Positions 13,259 through 23,385 of a stretch of DNA of 64,000 bases are shown piece after piece; positions within the stretch are counted from its first letter, which is position 1, and each line of letters opens with the position of its first letter. Made by a program: the position numbers and the translations under genes. The notes under the pieces were generated by a model, which worked only from the letters and a program-made list of their open reading frames with translations, was not told where the DNA came from and did not search any database. The stretch lies in the NCBI GenBank assembly GCA_016748015.1, contig JAAOMT010000516.1, positions 62,001 to 126,000 of the forward strand, given 5' to 3'. This DNA is from Geosiphon pyriformis uo1 (taxonomy: Eukaryota > Fungi > Glomeromycota).

Positions 13259-16200
13259 TTAATTGTCTATAAAATATATAGCTTTTTTATCAATTATATA
13301 ATAAGTATAACCAAGTTTTATAAATTCTACACAATGATCAATTGCATATACATTAATAAATTTATATAAACTATATTTTGAAAAAGATAACAATCCAATA
13401 TTATCTTTTTCAATATTAGCAGTCCAATGAATATAAACAAGCATATGAGTTTCTCCATTAAAATTATAAACCAAATAGTATTCAATATTTCCATAAAATT
13501 TTTGTGTCACATATTCTGGTTCTTGTTTAGGAAATAAATCCCATTTGTCTACTTCTATTATAATCTATATAAAATTTATAAGTTAAATATTGCATTAAAA
13601 AATTTCGAACCTAATCTTGATTTTTTTTATCCATTTTGATCCAATAATATGTCTATTTTTGGTATATAATCGTCCATATTTTGTGCCATATGGAAAAAAA
13701 GATTAATAACTATTAATTATCACAAAGTTTTTAAATTATAAAAAAAATAAAAGCTTACTCTTAATTTTCGATTGTCTATATTATATAGAACAGAAAAATA
13801 ATCTTTAATTTTTTTTAATTCTGCCTGACTAAGAATATATTTTTTTGATGGAAAATAAAATTCTTTATTCACTTTAAGTAGAGAAAATATAAGATGTTTT
13901 GCATAATTTTTTTTTGTTGAGAAGGAAAAATAGTCATATAAATAGTAGTATAAAATTTTAGATTAAACATTTTCCAAATATGAACATTATTAATGATGTT
14001 TTTGTATGGATAAAAATATGATTGGGCTAAAGAAACAAGTATTCCATATACTTGTTTTATAGGAAATTGCCCAACATGAACCAGTTTTTTTAATACTATC
14101 TACAATGTGTAACAAGTTATAAAAACATAACTTAATTGTATTGCAGCATTTCTCTTAACCATGATAATAATATCTGTAAAAAAGATCAATTACATTTGTA
14201 AATACTTTATATTAAATTAATAAAGCAATAAGTCTTTATTTATCTTTTATAATAGTTATAAAAGAACCGAAATAATGATCAAATATTATTCATATCTTGT
14301 ACAGTTAATATTAACTTTTGACACAAGCATACAGCTTTAACAAAAGTTGTTTATTTCTCATAATATCTTTGTGGCATTCACCCTTTTAAAAGAGACAAAG
14401 AATACATTGTGATCTATGAAGCCTATTCTTCAGCCTTATATCCATTATAATAAAGAACAATATTGCGTAGGAATTGTCCAAATGAGGTAGGCAGTATTGT
14501 TTGATGATAACTCATTTCAATTCCTATTTTTTTCTATGTATTTTTGTTAAGTACATAGTTTCTATTATTCTGACCACCTTTTTTTAAAAAAAAATTATCT
14601 ATTCAATGTTTGACCATGTATTTAGAAATGTTTTTATAAATAAGATGTATTATATCAATTGAAAAAAAATCTGGAAAATAGATTGCTTTCAAATTAAATA
14701 ATATACTTTGATCTTTTATTTCTATTATTATGAAAAAAATAAATATTAATAAAAGCAATTAATGCAAAAAATTAATAATGAAACATACCAAATTTTGATA
14801 TTAATTCTGCTTTGTTTTTTTCTGAACTGGCTGTTTTTATTTGAAAAATTTGATCTTGAAATTGTTTATAAGTTTATAAGAGTAAATTATCTGAATTATA
14901 TATTTGATATTAATCCTTTTTTTCAATGAGTGATAATATTAGAAAATATATATGATTTGTATAAAGTCTATAGATATCACAAAAGTGACATCTTTTGTAT
15001 GAATTATGTCCTATAAGACACATTAACTTTGTTAAATTAGGCATATTACCTGATCATAACAAGACATAGGCATATAATAAAAAAAACTCTTTTTTAAATC
15101 CGTCATAGCAGTCAATTTCAACCAGATGCATATTATATAATAAAGTTAATATATGTAATTAATGATCTGTTAAATAAGATATTAGAATATTACTTTCTAA
15201 CTCGTTTAATTCTTGAATTATAGGAAACATAAATGAATTAAAATCTTTAGGTTTCTTTGAAACAGATATAATAGTTGTTATCATTAAGTTTTCTTTTTTA
15301 ACATGCTTCTGTAGACAAATATTGGCATTGACTATCAAAACTACTTAGCAATTGTCTGTTTTTTGTCGAAATATTTGGTAACCATTAATAAAACCTGTCA
15401 ATGCCACATTTTGATCATCTTGAAAAAAGCTTTTGGACACAAGTTCTTTGTATTTTATATCATTAAATATATCTCCAATTGTGCCATCTGAACTGAAACC
15501 TTGATGGCAAGTATAATTTGCATGATATCTTATAATTTCAAAGTGTTTTGGATCTTAGTACTGAATTTTAAGATAATCTTTGATAAAAAAATAAGCCATT
15601 TGACATTAAAGAACACGTTTTTTTTCTTGGAATCTTGGTGTTTAACAGATATTACATTCATCATAATCTTTGTACTTTCTGGTATATGCATGACAGGATT
15701 TGATACACATATTAACCCATGTTGGTTTTATAGGTACTATAGATTTTAATGTTTTTTTTGCTTGGTATAGATTAACAATGCCACCATTAACTGCTATTAT
15801 AATTTGTCAAAATGCATCATCAGTTAGATTACAGCAAGACTTGACCTTAAATAATTTGAGTGCACAAGCCAATTCACTAGATAATTCTCTCTTTTGTTTA
15901 ATGTCTAATATGAATGGAATTATCAAATTGGTTTCAAGATAAAAAAATAGGAGAATTTTTAAGTAACTATGAATACCAAATTTTTATACCAGAAATATTA
16001 TTAAATGATTTGCCTGAGTTAATTAAATCATTAATTCCAGAATTCAAAGACAATTCATGCTTAATATCCAAATAATCTATAATTTTAGAATTCAAAAAAA
16101 ATTCGTGTTCAATATCTAAATAGTCCATAATTTTAGAATTCAAAACCAATTCAGGCTTTATGTCAGAATAATCACTTCTCAAATAACTTTAATTAATTAT

Positions 16201-16560
16201 GTTCATACAATCTTCATTTATAATATAATTTTTTTTAAAAATCAAACTTTTTGGCAATTCATTTTTAGAACTTTGAATTATTGTACTTAATGTTAATACA
16301 TATCAAAGAAATAAAAATAGGTTTTATATAGACATATCCAATGATCAAAATTTCAGAATCATTATCTGAACTTTCTTCAATGTCAAAAATGCTCAAACTT
16401 GAGCAACTTTCTAACTTGAGTTGTTTTGTTTATATTCTCTTTTATAATGTCTAATTCTTGTAAATTTTACAATTAATAGTCTAAGATTTCTTACATTGTT
16501 TTTCCGATATTTTGCACAGGCACAAAAAATTTGCTTGATCTTATTTTGGGCAGTTTGGGT
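13259..16560 (-). pseudogene. Tnp2-family (Transposase_21, PF02992-like) CACTA transposase pseudogene with introns
   Basis: Minus-strand fragments in order: N-terminal CAC..TRIRH (~16525-16445); GDIFNDIKYKEL..VALTGFINGYQIFRQKTDNC*VVLIVNAN..KKENL..KPKDFNSFMFPIIQELNELE (~15480-15195); CYDG..*SGNMPNLTKLMCLIGHNSYKRCHFCDI (~15110-14975); FSIDIIHL; PTSFGQ..NGYKAEE*AS*ITMYSL; C-terminal YGNIEYYLVY..HMLVYIHW (ORF 13259-13510). Confidence 0.85.
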
Positions 16561-16785
16561 TTATATTTAGGTCCTAAGTCCAATAAAATAAAAGAATGAA
16601 TCTTTAATTATTTCATAATTTATGTTATATGGAAGAGGTAATGACTTCATTGTTTATGCAAATAGTAATGATTTGGACGGATAATTTCATTATTATTATT
16701 TATATAGAAAGAGATAATGACTTTATTATAACTTGAATGGTTTTATTATTAATGTTATTTTTCCTATTATTTGTTTTTTTTATTT

Positions 16786-16912
16786 TTTTTACCACTATTT
16801 GTCCTTTTTACCACTATTTCTCTTCTTTATCACTATTTTTCTTTTTCACCATTTCTTTTTTTCGCCACTATTTGTCTTCTTCGCCACTATTTTCCCTCTT
16901 TGCCACTATTTG
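16786..16912. repeat. 19-bp minisatellite, about 7 copies, core CCACTATTT
   Basis: Cores at 16792, 16811, 16830, 16849 (partial), 16865, 16884 and 16903. Confidence 0.75.
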
Positions 16913-17019
16913 TTCTCTTTACTTGCTCTTTTTAAATCCTAATATAATGCTCAAGTCAAAATTAGTCCAAATCAGTTAATTTTTGAAGGTAAAAAACTTA
17001 TAGTAAAAATTTTATCATG

Positions 17020-18430
17020 CATTATTCAACTGGAAAAAAAAACAAGGTTTTAAAAGCCAAAGCAAATCTAGTTTCAGATGAGTTTAATGACAATGATAAT
17101 GAATTTGATGATAACTGTAATAAAATATATCATATATTATACAAATAACTTTTTTGTATTTAGATGCATGTGTAACCGATTATCTAACCAATCTAAGACA
17201 AAAATTGAAGCTCAGTTAAGTTCATTTGTTTAACCAATTCTAAGGCCTCCTGCCAAATAAGACCAGTTTACAAATCTGCATTTGAAATTGAATCTCATAA
17301 AGAATACATATTCCAGTTATAGGGTACATATTAATAAGATATATTCCAATTTTTTTTTAATCCACTTTTTTTTTTGTAGAGTGCCTTTTATGACATAGTT
17401 GAATACTACATTTCACCCAAAATAAAGTACAAGCATCTTCTATCATTTACAAGTTTAAAAAAACCAATCTCTGTTTTTTGGCTTGTATTGATAATTAGGT
17501 CTTGGTGTATCTTATGTGACATAAAATAAACATTATTTGTATGTATACTATTTGATCACATGAATTTTTTTGATGTTTATTAATTCATATTATCTTAAAG
17601 GATAACATTTGCCATCATCAACAAGATAAAGATAAAGGTAATAAAGAGAGATAAGTTGTTATATGATTATTTATTCTATATAATAATAAAATGGCTATGC
17701 AAAATTATTTTGTATTTTTAGATTCAAAAAAAACTTTGGTTGTTAGAAAAAAAAAAGTGATTCTTAATGAACAAATGTCTGACAAGAATGATAAGCTTGA
17801 TAATTTTCTACTACCAATGAACACTAATAAGATAATTTCTGATAAACAGGTGTTTGATAGAAATGATGATGATTTTCTATCAAATAACGATGAATGAATT
17901 AATATTGAAGAAGATGAAAGTGATACTTTTTTACTGGCCAAGACTCCTTCAAAGAACAAGAAAAAAGGAGTTGCAAAAGAAATGACTATTCTGCTGGCCA
18001 AGACTCCTCTAAAGAAAATAAAAAAAGAAGAAACTAATTTGCTGCCAAAGACTCTTCCAAATAACAAAGAAACAGAAAATACTTTACCGGCCAAGACTCC
18101 TCCAAATGATAAGGAAACAGAAGAAACTAATTTGTCATATGTTAATTAATGATTTTTGTTTTATTTGGGTATTAAGATCTTGTTACTCAGACTCTATTTT
18201 GGATCGGACAATTTTGGACATGATCATTGTCCCGATTTTGGATGATGACTTGGCTATTACAACTAGTGGTCGTAGATCAACTCGCAACAGAAATTCCGAA
18301 GAAAAGCGAGAGGAAAAACACTCAAGTTCAGAAAAACCACTAAAAGTTGTTAAAAAGCACCATTATAATAAAGGTAAATAATACATGAATCTAACTTTTG
18401 AAATGACCTTGTATATTTCTCATTATATAT
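17020..18430 (+). pseudogene. Degenerate second (accessory) gene of the CACTA element, divergent from the transposase
   Basis: Coding-like fragments with acidic tracts and L(L/P)AKTP repeats (17930-18105; frame of ORF 17691, broken by TGA at 17895) and a basic tail RRSTRNRNSEEKR (ORF 18106-18381). It lies between the TIRs. No family assignment possible. Confidence 0.45.
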
Positions 18431-18654
18431 TTATCAATTACAGGTTAATTAACATTTGTTGGACAAATTGTGGCCATATTTAGATTATATTTGTACATAT
18501 TATAAATAATATTTAAATAATATTTGTATGAATTGTAGATAATGTTTGTACAAATTGTAGACATTTTAATCTAATTTAAGGGCTCATTTTTCTCTACATT
18601 TCGTGTATATTTTACGATTGTTTATTGTATAAATTATGAACATCTGGTGAATAT

Positions 18655-18703
18655 TTAATATGAACATTTATTGAACCTTTTATGGACAACTTTTTTTACT
18701 GGG
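18655..18703 (-). repeat. Right terminal inverted repeat (better preserved), preceded by short subterminal repeats
   Basis: Ends TATGGACAACTTTTTTTACTGGG. ACAAATTGT(A/G)G-like units occur at about 18460-18565. Confidence 0.75.
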
Positions 18704-19150
18704 TCTCTTAGCCTTTGAAGAGTTTGTTTGGAAGTCCAAGAGAGCTTTACTTTTACTACTTGCTTTAAATCCATTGTCAACCACCACAGGCCTCTTTATC
18801 TCTTCCTCAGAATCAGTCTTCATGTTTTCAAACCTGTTAGCATCAGCCAAACTACCACCAAAAGAAGACTTGTTCAAAATAAAAACCGCTTGATTACTGG
18901 AGTTCTTGATATTTCCATTCATATTCCTTATCTTTTGCGTAAAGACACTACCAACAGGGCCATGGATGGCTCCTTTCACTGAATTTTTCATCATCATATT
19001 ACCGCTAGTATCAGCCGCCAGCTCCAACACAAAGGGGTTTGTTTCTTTTGAAATAATGAAAGATATAACAGAAAAAACAAAAACTTCTTTTCAAAAAATT
19101 AATTCTCTTTGGGGAATTTGGGACGTAGGAGAAAAAGAAATTTTTTTAAC
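18704..19150 (-). mobile_element. LINE relic, 5' part (5' UTR and ORF1 N-terminus)
   Basis: ORF 18680-19030 (KGAIHGPVGSVFTQK...SSKAKR) runs up to the TIR and continues in frame as VNTDK on the other side of the transposon. Confidence 0.7.
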
Positions 19151-20892
19151 TTAATATTGTTTTTAAAAACTTTATCTCTCTGTTTTAATATATGAAATAA
19201 TAAACTAAAATAAAACGTTTCAATATTATTTTAACTTGGTCTTAGTATAATTTTTCTTATTTTCAATTTACAAAATTAATAATTAATCTATTGAATAAAT
19301 TAAGAAATTATTTAATTGCAAATTATCTTACATATTTTTAATAAATTTTATTCTGTTTTCTTATAATTAAACAAATTATCAAAATTATGTACAGGATTTA
19401 ATCTTTTTAAACATATGCTTTAAAAAACAAAGCACTGTATCGAGCGATTTTTCTATCTACAACTTATAAATACTCCTTTTCAAAGTTTATTCTATAGTAA
19501 ATAACTTGAAAAATATGAAAAAACGTAAAAGCATTTAAAAGTAGCCATTTATGTTCAACTTCTTTCATCAAAAACCTTTATCCAAGAGGATTGAAAATTT
19601 ATAAACAATTAGATGTTTTTTTGTTAATGATATTGGTTTAATACAAGTAGGGAACCATTTAATAATGCGCAATTTTTTCCCGGCAGAGACACCCTTTTTC
19701 TTGAGTGTATCTACCTTTTAATGTTCCTTTTTACTAAAATCTTTCAAGTTGTTATTTAATTAAATAGTAAATGAAAAATTTTTTTTTGTTATTTTAAGAT
19801 GGTGTTTATTTGCTTTCATTTATGCATATCGTCATATTTACCAAATAAATAAAAACAAATATGATGTTTATCTTATGGAGATTCGAGTTTAATCTAAAAT
19901 CCTATTTCTTTAACTCTGTATTCAAAACAACAAAAATTAAAATACAGTGTATCCCAACTATAGTACAAATTCTAATTTTTTCATATTTAGCCAAGCTTAT
20001 TTGAGAAGTTCATTTAGGCTACTATTATTAAGATTCATGTTTTTATTAATAATCAAAAATTTTCCCAAAAAATTTATAGAGCTTTGAACTTTTTTATTTG
20101 TGAAGACTTTGTATAATTATCGCGTAAATATAATTGATTTATTTCCAAAAATAAATAAACAACTTTTTGTTTTATTCTTTTTCAGATTACTTTTTGTACA
20201 GTTTTATGAAATAAAAATTTAAATTATTGAAATGAATAATAATGAATTTAAACCTTCAGATATCAAATAATAAAAGTGAAGGTTTCAAAATAAGTGTAAG
20301 TTTAAAAATTTGATTAATTCATATTCATTGATTTAGATAATAATAAAAGTGATTGCATGGCCAATTAATTTAATTTAGAAATAATATTGTTAATGGTAGT
20401 TCTAATTGAATTAACCGAACAATGGTTACCTCAATACCAAGGCATCATCATCATAATATTAAATATTACTAAAGATCCAATCTTTTTTCATAAATATGTT
20501 TTTTTAAAGGCTATTATGATATGGTATATTGTAAATAAAAAAATAGAAATTGACAGCTAACTCCTAAAGCTCTTTTATTAAATTATATCTTGTTAATTTA
20601 TAGGATTTTTGAGACCAAAGGGTTCATCTTGGGTAGTAATAAATATAACTAAAATTTAAAAAAAACCGAAAATTCGGCTATTTAAATATTTCATGCTTTT
20701 CAAATATAGGCCTTGATCTCTTTGGCAAAATATTTGAGGGGACTAAAAATAATGGTGGGAATTTTAAAGACTCAGAATTAATTGATCAATTGATAAACTG
20801 CGGATTAACACCTCTGGATAAGTATCAGACCACGTGTGAATACCTTACATAAGGAAAAAAAATTCATTCCCAAGATATATCAAAAGCTACTA

Positions 20893-22417
20893 ATGTCATC
20901 CGAACAACACTTTAACGCTTTATCCAATGATTTCGGGGATCTATTTGACTGTCAAAAGTTCTCTGATGTTAGAATTATAGTTGACGAAGCACCTAATATC
21001 AGAAATTTTCATGCTCATTCTCAAATTTTAGCAGCAAGATCACCATATTTTGCTGTAGCGCTCTCTAGTAATTGGGTTAAAAGGGAAAATAATACCATTA
21101 TATTCACTAATCCTAATATTTCACCTAAAATTTTTGAAATAACTCTCAGGTAAGGGATATGTTTGCTTCAAAGTATTTTGGCCGACATAAATTTAAATAT
21201 TTTTATTTTCCTGCATAGATATATTTATTACGGCGAGATTTCCCTTAACGAAGATGGAGCACCTATTATTTTAGAATTACTTATCGCCGCTGACGAGCTT
21301 ATCCTAGAAAATATTATTGATCCTCTTGAAGACTATTTGATTGGACATCATTTAAAAGAGCTACAAGAAAATTTCGTCACTTGGCAGAAAACTTCATTTA
21401 TGCATGATTCTTTCAAAAATTTACAGATTTTATGCACAGTAATAATGGCCAACAATCCAGCTATAGCCTTCAACTCGCAAGATTTTACCTCTCTTAGTTG
21501 AAAATGCTCTTTCTCAATTTTAACCCGGGATAATCTAAATATAGAAGAATCGAGGATATGGGAAAAGATCGTGGAGTGGGGAGTTGCTAAATTGGATGAC
21601 AATATTCAGACGAAAAAAGTTCTTGACTGGACGGATGAAAACTTTAACGCCTTTAAGGAATCCATTTTAAGACTACTACCTTTAATCCGCTTCTTTAACA
21701 TATCTTCAGTTGACTATTATTACAAAGTAATACCATTTGCAAGAATCTTACCTGGAACTTTATATGAAGATCTTTTACATTATTATCTCGTATTGGGTAG
21801 TCATCAAGAGTCTGTAGACGCTCAGCCATTACGATCAAATTATCATTCAAAGCTTCTTCAATCGCATAATATAAAACAGCTTGATCATTGGATTCAAGGC
21901 AAAGACGAAAATACTCCTTTTGAAGATCAACTTGGAAATGATTTTAAATTGTTACTTCGAGGCAGTCGAAACGGATTCACTCCAGCCGATTTTCATCGAT
22001 TATGTGATAATAAAGGAGCAACAGTAAGCGTGATCAAAGTGAAAGGAACTGGTCATTTAATTGGCGGCTATAACCCACAATCCTGGCACTCTCGGGGTGG
22101 AAGATCAGATGGAGAAGGAAGTTTTATTTTTTCCCTTGGAGACGGCAAAGCTAAAAATGCTAAAATTTAGTAAATTTCTTCATGGATGTGGACCTTATGG
22201 TGGATCAAGACCTAATTTTGGAGAGAACAGGATTCGATTGTATGTAAGTCTTCTATTTTGTGGCAATGATTTTAGAAAAAAGCCAGGGTGCTCTTGTCAA
22301 AATACAAGAGATTATGAGCATGCTATAATGTCTGGATCAGAAAATCAATGGATAAATTTCTTTGTTGAGGAGTATGAAGTTTTTCAAATCATAAAAAATA
22401 AATTCGCTTTTATTTAA
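20893..22417 (+). pseudogene. BTB/POZ-BACK-TLDc domain protein, disrupted as assembled (pseudogene or homopolymer errors)
   Basis: ATG 20893. BTB: FSDVRIIV..FHAHSQILAARSPYF. GT-AG intron 21150-21218 (phase 2, gives LRYIYYG). BACK-like: DFTSL..ILTRDNLNIEESRIWEKIVEWG. TLDc: FKLLLRGSRNGFTPADFHRLCDNKGATV..LIGGYNPQSW..SFIFS..VEEYEVFQ. Lesions: in-frame TGA at 21499-21501 and a +1 frameshift in an A-run at 22162-22165. Confidence 0.85.
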
Positions 22418-23385
22418 TTTGATTATACATTTTCTGAAGGTCATGCTACCTATCTTGAAAATCTTTAGTGGCAGAATATTCTACAGCCTATTATTATAAG
22501 CCCCATAATAAAGTTAAAAGAATAACTTTTAAATATCAAAAAACTTTAGAATTAACTTTTTTTGAAGAAATTTGATTTAAGTTCGACTTATAATTTATAC
22601 CATTTTTAAAAGCAAGAGCATGGATAATATGTTAGATTATGAAAATCATAATATGCATACAGAAATAGATGTCATCGTTAAAGGCTTGTTGTCATTTTAT
22701 TAAGGGTTTGTCAAACACAATTAAAATGGTAAATTATTCACATCCAAGATTTTCATTATTATTTATTTAAGAGGTGAATTATTCAATTAACCAGAAGCCA
22801 TAACTATAAAAAAAGACTGTCGTTCTTTCGATAACAAAAGTGGGATTTTGAGGATTGGAAAGCTACCAAAAGTTATTAAATCGTTCAGCTCCAATAAATT
22901 AATCTATCTTTAATAAATTGCCAAGATTTAATGAACAGATGAACGAATGCAAGTGGTGAAATATTTTGTCACCCAGGTTAGACGTGTAATGCAGAACAAA
23001 GAAATAACTCTTGTTGATATACATGATTTTGGTATTGGGAAGTAATTTTAATATCTTCTTTAGTGATTTTATAGAGAACAGGTTAAACTTTTGTGGTTAA
23101 TCTCCCGACTCACATTTTTATCTTCAATCATTTTAATTTTTAATTTTTTTTTTTCAGGTGTTATGATGACTTTTGAGAACCACTGTACTTCTTGAGTTTT
23201 TAATAACAAATTATTCTATTAAGACTACTAAAATTTTAAGGTTGCAAACTATATTGAAATGATTCTTATTATTATAGTTATAATTAATATTTCAATTGAT
23301 GTTAAGTAAATGGAAAACTCGAATAAACCTAAAATTGACGTCTTTTTTATTATACATGAATTTTACCTAAACTAAAGTGGAATAT

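Larger units (their letters stand above)
13022..18703. mobile_element. CACTA/CMC (En/Spm-like) DNA transposon, about 5.7 kb, degenerate, with TIRs and a 3-bp TSD
   Basis: Left end CTCAATAAAAAAAGATTTTTCATAAAA matches the reverse complement of the right end, CCCAGTAAAAAAAGTTGTCCATAAAA. Flanks are TAT (13019-13021) and TCT (18704-18706). It contains a Tnp2-family transposase relic, and removing it rejoins the LINE ORF1. Confidence 0.85.
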
